The translations under genes were made by a program, and so were the position numbers. A stretch of 64,000 bases of DNA from a virus, in the IMG/VR virus record IMGVR_UViG_3300046820_000903, positions 18,292-82,291 of that record; one strand, written 5' to 3'. Position 1 is the stretch's first letter. Each line of letters starts with the position of its first letter. Of the stretch, positions 9,055 through 18,802 are shown one piece after another. The notes beneath the pieces are model-generated. The model worked only from the letters and a program-made list of their open reading frames with translations. It searched no databases and had not been told where the DNA came from.

Positions 9055-9894
9055 TTAAATTTCAATTAAAATGTCAGGGTTCCAACCTGACTCTTCGCCG
9101 TGCGATTCATAACCACGTGGGTTACAAACAACTCTAGTTTCACCAATCATATAATCAAATGTTTGGTGCATATGGCCATGTGTCCATAGTTTAATCTGCG
9201 GACGATCTAATATAAACTCACTTAGGTCGCTAGCATAGCCACCATTCATGAGTGTATCGTGTTTGTACTGCTTGCTAATGCTTTGATAGCTAGGCGCATG
9301 GTGACCAACAACCACGCACTTCCTGTCTTTGTTGGCATCAACAATTTGCTTAATATACTCAACTGTTTTACGATGCCGGTCCATGGCATGTGCAGGACGT
9401 AGTTTAGTATATCCATGCTCGTCATTACGAATAACACGGAAGTCATTCATCATGTCACCAATGGTATGTAAGGTCATTGGATCACCTTTGTTCATGTCAG
9501 TCCATAGTGTACCACCTACAAATAGTACACCTTCAATAAACTGCATGTCACGTTCCAAGAAGTATATGTTAGGAAATTTAGCACATTCTTCACGTAGGTG
9601 TTCTACACCTCTGTGGAATTCTCCGTGGTAGAATTCATGATTACCAGCAACATAAACCACATGCGGGAATTGAAAACTACAACGCTTTAAAAAGTCGCGA
9701 AATAACTGAGCACGAGCCTGTCCAAATTTTAGTGCGGCAATTTCTAAGTGGCTGTACTTTGCTTCGGGGTGGTCGTGTAAGTCGTTGATGATCATAATGT
9801 CACCAGACAAAATAAGGACATCATAGTCCTTGTCGTTTTTAATGTTAATGTCTACAAACTCAAGGTGTAAATCACTAACCAGTTTGATCTTCAT
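9055..9894 (-). CDS. calcineurin-like metallophosphoesterase
   Basis: SDLHLE, GD, GNHE, HHAP and HGHMH motifs. Confidence 0.9.
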   Translation of the reverse strand: MKIKLVSDLHLEFVDINIKNDKDYDVLILSGDIMIINDLHDHPEAKYSHLEIAALKFGQARAQLFRDFLKRCSFQFPHVVYVAGNHEFYHGEFHRGVEHLREECAKFPNIYFLERDMQFIEGVLFVGGTLWTDMNKGDPMTLHTIGDMMNDFRVIRNDEHGYTKLRPAHAMDRHRKTVEYIKQIVDANKDRKCVVVGHHAPSYQSISKQYKHDTLMNGGYASDLSEFILDRPQIKLWTHGHMHQTFDYMIGETRVVCNPRGYESHGEESGWNPDILIEI

Positions 9895-10168
9895 TGCCAG
9901 CTTCCAGTTTTGCTATGGAGTTTAGTCCGTTTACTGGGATTCCATCTTCGTCAACGATTGCAAAACCATCAAAGACAAACCCAGCACCTTTACAAAAGTC
10001 TTCAAACGCTTGTAAAATTTCTTCTAGGTTGTCATGATTATGATCTAAGACAAGTTTCCTAGTACCATCATTGTAGCATAACACCCATTGTGTGTCAAGC
10101 TCATTCTTGTCTATTTTGCCTAACGAGTGCAATGCTTTAACAATGGTGTCCCAATCTTTATTGCTCAT
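9875..10168 (-). CDS. hypothetical protein
   Basis: 97-aa coupled ORF. Confidence 0.6.
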   Translation of the reverse strand: MSNKDWDTIVKALHSLGKIDKNELDTQWVLCYNDGTRKLVLDHNHDNLEEILQAFEDFCKGAGFVFDGFAIVDEDGIPVNGLNSIAKLEAGNEDQTG

Positions 10169-10949
10169 TGGACCTCAATGATTCGTTTAATACAGAAATG
10201 GCTCTAATCAAATCAATGTGTATGCCAGACTTAACAAGGGCCGCCTCAAATGTTTTTACATCTTTTGGAAAGCATTTTCCACTAAATCCGTACATACCAT
10301 CAGCACCTGGAACTGTCCAATGGCTTACTCCAAGTCGACCTTCGTGTGTTAACAATTGTTTAACAACATCATATGAGGCACCATGTGCTTTGCATAATTG
10401 TGAAACTTGATTAGCAAAGATAACCTTCATTGCCAAGAATGTATTTGTAGATAGCTTTGCTATCATTGCTTCCAGAGGATCTGTGATAATAGTAAGGCCA
10501 GGGTAACTCATTACAAGGTCTGAAAACTCTTTAGCATCACCACCCAATACAATTACATTTGGATTCATTGCATCTTCTCGCCAAGTTGCTTCTCTGATAT
10601 ATTCAGGCCATACAATTAAATCATCACCAAACAATTCAATCAACTTTTGAACCGACTCGATGCTTGATGTACTACGTAAAACAATCTTGCCTTTAAAACC
10701 TTTTTCTAATGCTTCGTTAATTGCCGAGTCAACATTAGCTGTAGAGTTTTCTGGAATTGGTAGAGAATCATCTAAGTCTGTGTTTACACAAATTACAAGG
10801 TACTCTGCTTTATCCCATGAATCAGGATTAGCAATGATTCCTTTTGGTGGATCGTTAAAAATAACATCAATTGAGGGATTGAAGTTTTTTAGAAAAAGTT
10901 CTGTGGATTGGCCAACAATGCCTTGGCCTTGAATGATAATAGAGGTCAT
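10158..10949 (-). CDS. short UDP-glucose/GDP-mannose 6-dehydrogenase family protein
   Basis: GxGxxG, ICVNT, LRST, PEYIRE, KLSTNTFLAMKVIFAN and GFSGKCFPKD (catalytic Cys); lacks the C-terminal UDP-binding domain. Confidence 0.8.
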   Translation of the reverse strand: MTSIIIQGQGIVGQSTELFLKNFNPSIDVIFNDPPKGIIANPDSWDKAEYLVICVNTDLDDSLPIPENSTANVDSAINEALEKGFKGKIVLRSTSSIESVQKLIELFGDDLIVWPEYIREATWREDAMNPNVIVLGGDAKEFSDLVMSYPGLTIITDPLEAMIAKLSTNTFLAMKVIFANQVSQLCKAHGASYDVVKQLLTHEGRLGVSHWTVPGADGMYGFSGKCFPKDVKTFEAALVKSGIHIDLIRAISVLNESLRSNEQ

Positions 10950-10979
10950 AATTTATTTTAACACAAATAGTTTTTAATG

Positions 10980-11729
10980 TCAAGGACGGATTGCGTACTC
11001 TGGATACTTTGCTATGCTACGATCAAGTAGTTCTTCTAGTCGATTTACATCAATCCAGCCTTTGATAACTACAAGAATTTTTCTATACTTTGGATTAAAG
11101 TCTGCGCCGTGTAAGTAGTCTTCGTTGTTCCATGAAAACGTATTTGAGTCCTCGGGCAAGCTTATATAATAACGGCCCGACTTAGGCACACGTTTTTTTG
11201 AATTGGGCTTATACTTTTCACTTGAGCATAACCAAAAAGTTTCTTTGGGATTTTGGTCAGCTAACTTAATACGTATCTCAGTTGGAAAACGCATAATACC
11301 ATCAAGCGCTGGAGGCATATTACCATCGTAATGTGCAATAATAGTTTTATGTGCGCTCCATAATCTAATTGAGCGAATTCTTACATAAGGCAGTTCTTCA
11401 AATATACGTTTAAGGTATCTGGGTTGCGAGTAAGCAAGGTTGGTTGAAACTTTTGTTTTCCATGCGGCATCTTTAAGAAGCTTTGCATCTTCGTACAATG
11501 CAAGACCGTCCCATTGAGTATGTTCAAGTGAAGGGTTGTTAGTTCCAACAGCACCACGGTCAATTATTTGTCTAGCAACGTTTTCTTTTTCTTCATGCCA
11601 TATACGCCAAAACTCTTCTGGATTGTCTAGTTCAAATTTTGGTACGTCAAGTGGCAAATAAGCAATGCCCTTGTACTTTTCTATAAGTCTTGGACATTGT
11701 GAAAGATTGATTAGAGATTCTAGACCCAT
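10980..11729 (-). CDS. hypothetical protein, possible cupin/2OG-Fe(II) oxygenase
   Basis: HYD...H(GAD) arrangement resembles an HxD...H triad. Confidence 0.5.
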   Translation of the reverse strand: MGLESLINLSQCPRLIEKYKGIAYLPLDVPKFELDNPEEFWRIWHEEKENVARQIIDRGAVGTNNPSLEHTQWDGLALYEDAKLLKDAAWKTKVSTNLAYSQPRYLKRIFEELPYVRIRSIRLWSAHKTIIAHYDGNMPPALDGIMRFPTEIRIKLADQNPKETFWLCSSEKYKPNSKKRVPKSGRYYISLPEDSNTFSWNNEDYLHGADFNPKYRKILVVIKGWIDVNRLEELLDRSIAKYPEYAIRP

Positions 11730-12053
11730 TTACTTTTCCAACAAATGCGTTTTTTCTTTAACGTCTTTGAATTCATCAGCAGTTTCGAGCTGGGGCTTCT
11801 TCTTTAGGATGGTTGGCCAAATCATACTAAGCTCTGCGTTTAATGCAATATATGGATGTTGACTTGCATCAACATCAGTATCTGCAAAAATTGCATCTAC
11901 TGGGCACTCTGGCACACATACTCCACAGTCAATGCATTCATCTGGATCAATAACAATAAAGTTAGGCCCTTCTTTAAAACAGTCAACTGGGCATACGTCT
12001 ACACAATCAGTGTACTTGCACTTGACACAACTTTCAGTAACTACATAAGTCAT
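11730..12053 (-). CDS. fdxA: ferredoxin (7Fe/dicluster FdxA family)
   Basis: [26 protein letters not shown]...[17 protein letters not shown]. Confidence 0.93.
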   Translation of the reverse strand: MTYVVTESCVKCKYTDCVDVCPVDCFKEGPNFIVIDPDECIDCGVCVPECPVDAIFADTDVDASQHPYIALNAELSMIWPTILKKKPQLETADEFKDVKEKTHLLEK

Positions 12054-12512
12054 TTATATTTTCCAATTAGATTCAATGTATTCTTTATTATCAGGCTTAT
12101 TGCCTGTAAGCCCTAGCATACTTCTGTATGCCTGCCATGCTTCTTGTACCATTGGATCTGTATGTCCACCAGTAGGTAAAAGATCTGCCCATACAGCATC
12201 TTCTTGCATCATACTTCTATATATACCAAAGTTGCGAGGCTGGTGTATTTTGCCCTCACGAAATAGAACACTGGCTACACCTTGACAGTCAGACTCGTCT
12301 AATCCATCCAAGTATCCAGGCCTATACATATATTCTTGAATGATTGGAACCAGTTGTTCCTGTGTTTCAAACCGTGTACCAGCTACAATAACAACAACAT
12401 CGTTGATATCAACTACATCCATAACAATGTCACGAATACAACGACCTAGGCTAAAACCAACTTTCATAATGTACTCCTGTTCCACCAAGATTCCCAAGGA
12501 AAATCGATCCAA
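12054..12512 (-). CDS. hypothetical protein
   Basis: Likely start MKVGFSLGRCIRDIV. Confidence 0.7.
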   Translation of the reverse strand: MDRFSLGILVEQEYIMKVGFSLGRCIRDIVMDVVDINDVVVIVAGTRFETQEQLVPIIQEYMYRPGYLDGLDESDCQGVASVLFREGKIHQPRNFGIYRSMMQEDAVWADLLPTGGHTDPMVQEAWQAYRSMLGLTGNKPDNKEYIESNWKI

Positions 12513-12970
12513 ATATCGTTTTCCGCTTTGTTAACGCTCATACCACAGTAGTCAGTATACTGGTTGCTGGCCTCATTGTCAACCAAAGCGGCAAACCGTA
12601 TTGCACTATGCCAATACTTTTCAATAAAATCTGGCTCAATACCAGCTACACTAGACGCCCAATCTTCCATGAGCCACTGTTGTGTTGCCCCTGAATCATT
12701 GATGTCATCAACTAACAAGATTTTCTTCCCGGCTATAACATCTTCTGGAGCCCACAGTAAAGATTCTGTTTGCGGGTTATCTCGCAATGATATCTTGACA
12801 GCTTCATGCGGCACTCCCAGGTAATGACTCATCATTATGCTTATAGGTAGACCACCACGATCGACACCTATTACAACATCCGGACGCCAGTCCTGCTTTT
12901 GCATTTGTCGAAGTATTTCCTGTACAGTATTCTGTACATCTTGCCAGCCTAGTGTTAGTTTATTACTCAT
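12464..12970 (-). CDS. purine phosphoribosyltransferase (Gpt/Hpt-like)
   Basis: IGVDRGGL, PRPP-binding ILLVDDINDSGAT, and WIDFPWE. Confidence 0.88.
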   Translation of the reverse strand: MSNKLTLGWQDVQNTVQEILRQMQKQDWRPDVVIGVDRGGLPISIMMSHYLGVPHEAVKISLRDNPQTESLLWAPEDVIAGKKILLVDDINDSGATQQWLMEDWASSVAGIEPDFIEKYWHSAIRFAALVDNEASNQYTDYCGMSVNKAENDIWIDFPWESWWNRSTL

Positions 12971-13472
12971 TGGAATCTGGTCCGCTTAAAAGTTTTTCTA
13001 TTGCCTTATACTCATCATACATTTCTTTTAGCATGGGATACTTTTCATGCATTTCAAAATTTGGTGCAATTATTAGTAAACGCCTCTTTAGTGTTTCCAT
13101 CATGTCTGCCAGTTCGTCGATATCAATTTTACTCTTTCCAGTTTTAATATAACTTTTGTTATCTTCATTGGCAATTGATATATTAGGTTGACTTGATCCT
13201 ATAGTATATGTAGACTGTCCAATTCCATTGCTACTAAGGTATGCACCGCTAGTTCCAGATAGACCTGTTATTGTTATGTTTCCCAAGTCAATAGGGTTAA
13301 GTGGACCCAAGCTAATAGTATCATATGTGCCATTTAAATCTATAGAGGCAGTTTCAATTTCTTCTGCTATAAAACCAGTTTGAGTAGACATATTTGTCTC
13401 ATCCCATTTAAACTCAACAGGATCTATAGTGGACAGTACATCCTTCAATTTGTTTTTAGTATCATCATTCAT
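12963..13472 (-). CDS. hypothetical protein
   Basis: 169-aa ORF; N-terminus resembles a peptidase S74 chaperone fragment. Confidence 0.65.
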   Translation of the reverse strand: MNDDTKNKLKDVLSTIDPVEFKWDETNMSTQTGFIAEEIETASIDLNGTYDTISLGPLNPIDLGNITITGLSGTSGAYLSSNGIGQSTYTIGSSQPNISIANEDNKSYIKTGKSKIDIDELADMMETLKRRLLIIAPNFEMHEKYPMLKEMYDEYKAIEKLLSGPDSNE

Positions 13473-13475
13473 ACT

Positions 13476-14219
13476 TTACCGTGGGGCAAATTCTTGTTGC
13501 ATTTTAATATTGTCAAAGAACTCTTTCTTTGTACTTTGATCATCCTTAAAGGCACCTTTAAGTACTGTGGTCTGTGTCAAACTAGAGTGTGCCATAATGC
13601 CGCGATTCTCACAGCATCCGTGCGTGGCTTGAATGTATACTGCTACGTTTTCAGAGTCAGTAGCTTTGCTAATCTCGCGGGCGATGTCGTTACAAAGTTC
13701 CTCCTGGAGAGTACCTCGTCTGGCGCACCACTGGGCAATTCTTGTGTACTTCGATAAGCCAATAAGTTTATTAGCGGCAATAATACCAATATAGGCAACA
13801 CCACTAACAGGCTGATGATGATGACTGCACATACTGCGAAGCTCGCTACGTACAACAAGCATACCTTCATAACGGTCCGCTGAGTCATTTGGAAATGCTG
13901 TTGCATCTGGTGGTGTTTCATATCTACCTGCCATTATTTCATTGAAGTACATTTTAGCAAGTCGTCTTGCAGTACCTTTTGAGTTTGGATCGTCTTCACG
14001 ATCGATAAGCAACCTATCAAGCACTAGTTCAAATGCTTCTGCGGCTTCGTTAATTAACACTTCTTTTTCAGATTCGTTAATGTATTCGCTGATGTTGTCG
14101 CCAGCCCAAAAGCGTTTACCTTCACGCCTCATTCTAGAACGAATGTAGCCACCTAAGTAGCCTTCTGAATACCCACCATCGCCTGCCATTGCGTCCAGGC
14201 CTGTTTCTTTATTTGTCAA
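13476..14219 (-). CDS. folE: GTP cyclohydrolase I
   Basis: TARRLAKMY, SMCSHHHQP, IGLSKYTR, LQEEL and HGCCENRG; TTG start with GGAG RBS. Confidence 0.95.
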   Translation of the reverse strand: MTNKETGLDAMAGDGGYSEGYLGGYIRSRMRREGKRFWAGDNISEYINESEKEVLINEAAEAFELVLDRLLIDREDDPNSKGTARRLAKMYFNEIMAGRYETPPDATAFPNDSADRYEGMLVVRSELRSMCSHHHQPVSGVAYIGIIAANKLIGLSKYTRIAQWCARRGTLQEELCNDIAREISKATDSENVAVYIQATHGCCENRGIMAHSSLTQTTVLKGAFKDDQSTKKEFFDNIKMQQEFAPR

Positions 14220-14260
14220 TTTTGTTTCTCCGAGTTAATGACGTGGATGTCATATTGTTT

Positions 14261-14289
14261 ATTGTAACATCTATTTAGGAATTTAGCAA
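14261..14289 (-). promoter_or_regulatory. folE promoter region (sigma70-like plus late motif)
   Basis: TTGCTA-17 nt-TACAAT with TGn extension; CTAAATA is nested in the spacer. Confidence 0.5.
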
Positions 14290-14595
14290 GACTTCACTTG
14301 GCCAACTTAGCATGTATAACATTAAATCTTCTGCCTTTTTAAAGTGTATCAGTATGGTAATGTTAAAGTCTGGTGCTAACATTATATCCTTATCTGCATT
14401 CATCTTACCAAGTTTACGCCAATTAAAGTCGTTTCCTTTGTAATCAGTTGCGGTCCATCTATTCTTGCAATTATCAATCAACCACCGCCTAATGTCTTTG
14501 AGTATAAACAATGAAGCGGCGGTCTTGGCCGAATATACTTTATCCTTGGTTTGCGTTAGCATAGAACTCACTTTTACGCAAGTCATCCCAACCAC
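14275..14595 (-). CDS. hypothetical protein, small F-x-L-x-W family member
   Basis: IRRWLIDNC...IHFKKAEDLMLYMLSW. Confidence 0.65.
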   Translation of the reverse strand: MVGMTCVKVSSMLTQTKDKVYSAKTAASLFILKDIRRWLIDNCKNRWTATDYKGNDFNWRKLGKMNADKDIMLAPDFNITILIHFKKAEDLMLYMLSWPSEVLLNS

Positions 14596-14785
14596 CTACT
14601 AACTTACCATCAATTACAATTTGTGGAACAGCACGGGCTGATGGAACGGCTTCTAATAAGTTCTCACGAGTAAAACCATTAGTACCAATTTTATGTTCGG
14701 TGAAAGCAATGTTCTTGCTCTTCATCCAGTTTTTTGCCATATCGCAAAACTGGCATTGTTCTTTACTATATATAACGACTTGCAT
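14540..14785 (-). CDS. glutaredoxin
   Basis: CQFC active site, AVPQIVIDG and VGGWDDL. Confidence 0.92.
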   Translation of the reverse strand: MQVVIYSKEQCQFCDMAKNWMKSKNIAFTEHKIGTNGFTRENLLEAVPSARAVPQIVIDGKLVGGWDDLRKSEFYANANQG

Positions 14786-15220
14786 TTATTTTTCCTGTGA
14801 TGTATCGTATGTTTGTGCAAAGATGTCTTTCTTGACTGCACCAAAATCGCCCGGCCCGTGTCTAACAATGTAGTCGTTGCCCTTTGTGTATGCCAAGTCT
14901 CCCCACGATGTATGTAGTGTACCATCGTGGTTGGCTAGTTTGGCATGTTTGTTAATTTTCTTAGGTGTAGCTGTACCATTGCCATTGTCATCATAAAGTG
15001 TTTTAAACTTCTCTGGAGTAATAGGATAATTTTCTCCTTTTGGTCCAGTCATAATGTAGTGACCTACTTCGTAGTTAACCGGACCTTCTAATGTTTTTAC
15101 AGTACCTGGCTCTTTGGCAACTTCATACTTGACAGGTGCGGCCTTTTTAAATGTAGTAAAGGCACCGTCAGTGAACCAATCGTCATTGACTACTGATTCC
15201 TTTAAGTCTTTGATTTTCAT
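14786..15220 (-). CDS. PGDYG-like protein with an internal duplication
   Basis: Two similar halves (TVKTLEGPVNYEVGHYIM and TLHTSWGDLAYTKGNDYIV), PGDFG; N-terminus MKIKDLKE. Confidence 0.65.
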   Translation of the reverse strand: MKIKDLKESVVNDDWFTDGAFTTFKKAAPVKYEVAKEPGTVKTLEGPVNYEVGHYIMTGPKGENYPITPEKFKTLYDDNGNGTATPKKINKHAKLANHDGTLHTSWGDLAYTKGNDYIVRHGPGDFGAVKKDIFAQTYDTSQEK

Positions 15221-15384
15221 ACATTATCTCCTTTAGTGTCTTCTTGATTTGTTAGATATTTTTCTAAGGCATCTTTAAATGCTTCTTCGGTTAGACCATG
15301 CCAACCAATACATTTTCCAGTCGGACTACGACCACACCCACAGCTACCAAACTCTTTGGGGTTTTCTTTAACTCTGATTTGCAT
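15217..15384 (-). CDS. small CDGSH-like 3Cys-1His protein
   Basis: MQIRVKENPKEFGSCGCGRSPTGKCIGWH; pattern CxCxxS...CxGxH. Confidence 0.6.
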   Translation of the reverse strand: MQIRVKENPKEFGSCGCGRSPTGKCIGWHGLTEEAFKDALEKYLTNQEDTKGDNV

Positions 15385-15802
15385 TTTTTTCTTTTTCTGC
15401 TTCGTACACTCTTTTACGTAAGCTACTAGATGAAAAACTATGGTCACGCCCGTTAAAGTATAGGTCAATGTTTCGTTTGTGGCAAAGTTCCCTGCCAGTG
15501 AACTCTTTACCTTCGTATTCTACACCTAAGATGCGAACATCAAGTGGTAATATTAACAGCAAATCTTCTAAGTCTTTTTCAGTATTGTAGACCCAAATTT
15601 CATCTACATACTTATTTCCTCGTAGTTGCATTTGGCGTTCAATGATACTTTGTATAGGCTTATTTTTTGTAGCCCTATCTAATGTAGGATCGTTTTGTAA
15701 GCCTACAATTAGATAATCACATTGTGTCTTTGCTTCTTGCAACATAGAAACATGACCAGCATGTAACAAATCAAATGTTGAACAAGTAAATCCTACTTTC
15801 AA
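15368..15802 (-). CDS. glycerol-3-phosphate-type cytidylyltransferase
   Basis: GFTCSTFDLLHAGH (HxGH), ER, VDE and FSSSSLR; probable TTG start overlapping the galE stop. Confidence 0.85.
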   Translation of the reverse strand: MKVGFTCSTFDLLHAGHVSMLQEAKTQCDYLIVGLQNDPTLDRATKNKPIQSIIERQMQLRGNKYVDEIWVYNTEKDLEDLLLILPLDVRILGVEYEGKEFTGRELCHKRNIDLYFNGRDHSFSSSSLRKRVYEAEKEKNANQS

Positions 15803-16794
15803 GCTCTGCTCCTGTATTCTACAGAGTTGTACCATGCCCATGCAGTTTTAACAATGTTGTCAATACTACTAGAATCAGTCTTCCAACCTGTTTCTTTCTT
15901 AAATTTATATGCACTGGCAACTAGCGTAGCAGGGTCGCCTTCTCGTCTTGGTCCAGTATGTGTTAATACCATTCTTCCCGTGATACGTTCAACGCTGGCA
16001 ATGATTTCTTTAATGCTTACACCTTGGCCAGATCCTAGGTTGTATTCTACTGAGGATCCTGGTGACATGCCTTCGGAATACAATGTTGATAGGTAATGTG
16101 CATTAGCAATGTCTTCTACATGTAGATAGTCACGTACACAGGTACCATCGGTAGTAGGGTAATCTGTGCCGTTAAGAGTAAACACACCCTTGTCAACAAT
16201 TGTTTCCATGATGCGAGCAATTAAATGAGTTGCTTGTTTCAATTGGCCATGTCTTACTTTTGAATCAGCACCACAGGCATTGAAGTAACGCAATGCTACA
16301 GTTTTAAATCCATAGCCTTTAGCACAGTCCCGTAATACTTGCTCTGCCATTAACTTGCTTTGACCATATGGACTAATTGGAGACTTATCGCTTTGCTCTG
16401 TTAATGATGTACTATTGCCAGGGTCTCCATAAACTGCGGCACTGGAAGAAAACACTACAGTTTTTTTCCAACCTCTACTGGCAAGTGTGCTTAATAGACG
16501 AGCAGTATTACCTACATTGTTTAGATAGTAAGGACCTGGATCGGTCATACTAGGCCCAACTAAACTTGTGCCAGCAATGTGAATAAGTGCTGATGGATTC
16601 TTATCAATCATTAAATTGATAAACATAGGATTGGTAAAGTCGCCTGTGACAAAGGAATCTACAACACCACGTATCCATGGAGCAGTAGTATTTCTATCTA
16701 CTCCAATAACGTGATATCCTAGATCCTTAAATCTTAGAACAGTTTGTCCGCCAATATAACCATTGCAACCAGTTATAGCTACGCACTTATCCAT
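15799..16794 (-). CDS. galE: UDP-glucose 4-epimerase
   Basis: TGCNGYIG, SSSAAVYG, YGQSK, LRYFNACGAD, GTCVRDYLHV and RREGDP. Confidence 0.92.
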   Translation of the reverse strand: MDKCVAITGCNGYIGGQTVLRFKDLGYHVIGVDRNTTAPWIRGVVDSFVTGDFTNPMFINLMIDKNPSALIHIAGTSLVGPSMTDPGPYYLNNVGNTARLLSTLASRGWKKTVVFSSSAAVYGDPGNSTSLTEQSDKSPISPYGQSKLMAEQVLRDCAKGYGFKTVALRYFNACGADSKVRHGQLKQATHLIARIMETIVDKGVFTLNGTDYPTTDGTCVRDYLHVEDIANAHYLSTLYSEGMSPGSSVEYNLGSGQGVSIKEIIASVERITGRMVLTHTGPRREGDPATLVASAYKFKKETGWKTDSSSIDNIVKTAWAWYNSVEYRSRA

Positions 16795-18005
16795 TAGTAC
16801 TTTGCTCCTGATACATGATCACGATAGCGATTGCCTGAGCGATTCCATGGTGTAGCTTTACATTCCATACCACCTTCGGCAACAGTCCCAGCAGTTTCCA
16901 TAATGTCAATGATGCGATCAACAGTACCATTGTTCCAATCGCTAATCTTACCTTGACGAACATGAACACCAGCTAGTTGAATACGAAGCTTGTTTATAGC
17001 GTCATCTAAACTCCATGGAACATATAACCTGGTATGGTCATTGGCAAATGTCTCAGGAAAGCTACGATAGGCAGGATACAAAACATTACAACCAAGAGCA
17101 TCGGCCTCGCTAACGGTGTTTGAAACCCAGTCTTGTAAAGCACAGTTGAACAGAACACGGCTATCATTGACAATACTATAATACTCATTTTTACTTAGGT
17201 CCTCGTAGATTTTGAGTTTGTTTTGTTCTGCCATCTTGTAAGCACGTTCCAAATACTTTGGATTGTTACTGCGTAACGGACCGCCACTTAGTACTGCGAA
17301 CTCAACTGGATAGCCTGGCCATTGACGATGCCATTCTTCAATAAGATCCATAAAGAAGTCGGGTTGCTTCTCTTGGTCAAACCTTGCCGCAAAAATTACA
17401 CGGTGTGCTCTTTCTGGGAAAGATTTAATTTTATTATTAACACGACCTTGTACTTCTTCCTTACCAAATGCCAGTCCGCTAATGTTATAGATAGGAGCAG
17501 TCCAGTTTGCAATACGCATATGAGCTACCATCTCTTCGTTTGTTGCAAGCACTCCTGTAACAAAACAATTTACCATTTGCTCATATGTGCTCATCCACTT
17601 GCTCATTCCCCATACGTGAACAAAGTCATCTGGGTCAATTGCTTGTGCTAAACAACGCACAAAGATACGTGGACGCAAGTTAGCAGGCACTTGATCAAGG
17701 ATGTAAGGTAAGCTTTCGATACCTGGCTGGAACATGTCTTCAAAATAAATGACATCTTCATTTGTGACATCACCTCGTCGCATCATTTGAACAAGGTTCA
17801 TCATTTGACTCATACCAAAGTAACTACGGCCATGTGCGTCTAACACTTGTCCTACACTAATTGCTTTAGTATTGTCAATAGTACTTCCAGGCACTATCAC
17901 ATAGTTGATGCCTCGGCGTTTAAATACAGCTTCATTCCATTGCTGGAGTTGAAGCGTGTAACGCCCTTCATAGGGCTCGAGGCCCATATAAAAGAGCTTA
18001 CGCAT
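16794..18005 (-). CDS. GT-B glycosyltransferase
   Basis: FAARFDQEKQP, EYYSIV...ALQDWVSNTVSEA and YPAYRSFPE, as in the GT4-like C-terminal domain. Confidence 0.75.
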   Translation of the reverse strand: MRKLFYMGLEPYEGRYTLQLQQWNEAVFKRRGINYVIVPGSTIDNTKAISVGQVLDAHGRSYFGMSQMMNLVQMMRRGDVTNEDVIYFEDMFQPGIESLPYILDQVPANLRPRIFVRCLAQAIDPDDFVHVWGMSKWMSTYEQMVNCFVTGVLATNEEMVAHMRIANWTAPIYNISGLAFGKEEVQGRVNNKIKSFPERAHRVIFAARFDQEKQPDFFMDLIEEWHRQWPGYPVEFAVLSGGPLRSNNPKYLERAYKMAEQNKLKIYEDLSKNEYYSIVNDSRVLFNCALQDWVSNTVSEADALGCNVLYPAYRSFPETFANDHTRLYVPWSLDDAINKLRIQLAGVHVRQGKISDWNNGTVDRIIDIMETAGTVAEGGMECKATPWNRSGNRYRDHVSGAKY

Positions 18006-18448
18006 TACAGCACCAATCGATTTGGGTTACAGCACAGCCCATCAACTGTGTGTGCTTTACCTTCTGGAGTCCATGGGCTTTTATAAAAGCCTACATGAAT
18101 CTTAAGTGCTTTGTTAGCACGGTCTTGTGCGCTTTGCACATTAACTGTATAAGTGAAGCTACGATCTCCACTTGCCTCATGAGTACGCAACTCTGGCGTA
18201 TCAATAGCATAACTGTAAATCATGCCATCCTTACACAAGTCTGTAAGGTATTGGTTATAGAACTCCAAAGGCAAGTGCCCAAGGTCTTCAGTTAATACAC
18301 CATCGTATAACTCGCTAATTTTTAGCAAGTCAAACTTGATGTGGTTGATGTTAAGACCAGCCCTGCGGGGTTGGTAGCCATTGTTGTAACCACGGTCACC
18401 ACCGCGATTGAATTTTACGTGTTGTTTAATATTGCTTGAGGCATCCAT
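18005..18448 (-). CDS. hypothetical protein
   Basis: Likely start MDASSNIK; RGG-rich N-terminus. Confidence 0.65.
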   Translation of the reverse strand: MDASSNIKQHVKFNRGGDRGYNNGYQPRRAGLNINHIKFDLLKISELYDGVLTEDLGHLPLEFYNQYLTDLCKDGMIYSYAIDTPELRTHEASGDRSFTYTVNVQSAQDRANKALKIHVGFYKSPWTPEGKAHTVDGLCCNPNRLVL

Positions 18449-18794
18449 TTTCGCCATCCTCCGAAACTTCAATCCAAACTTTACGATCTGTGTACTTTGA
18501 TGAGATCTGACCATGTAGATCATCTGCCATCATTTCACAGGACTTGAAATCCAATGCCAGCGTTCCTTGCGAATATAAATTCTCTAACCAACGCTTGAAC
18601 TGAATAAACTCCACATCTCTATCATCATGAAAGACTTCGAGATACACTTTAAAGTGGAACATGTGTCGATGAGGATGTCCTAAAAAAGAAACATCATACT
18701 CGTCACCTGTTGCCAACTTAGGATCCGTAAGTGCCGCCGGATACCTATGAATACCTTCTTTGCGGAAGGTTACCCAAATCATGTCTGTTGACAT
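18426..18794 (-). CDS. QueD-paralogue T-fold protein (DpdL-like)
   Basis: EGIH...FLGHPHRHMFHFKV...DRDVEFI...SCEMMA...IEVSEDGENG; has LxxxHRHxF instead of the QueD CxxxHGH motif. Confidence 0.7.
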   Translation of the reverse strand: MSTDMIWVTFRKEGIHRYPAALTDPKLATGDEYDVSFLGHPHRHMFHFKVYLEVFHDDRDVEFIQFKRWLENLYSQGTLALDFKSCEMMADDLHGQISSKYTDRKVWIEVSEDGENGCLKQY

Positions 18795-18802
18795 GTTATT
18801 CC

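Noticed and set aside
18426-18794. Canonical QueD
   Set aside because: It lacks the CxxxHGH motif and has HRH instead, so it is called a QueD paralogue with no gene symbol.
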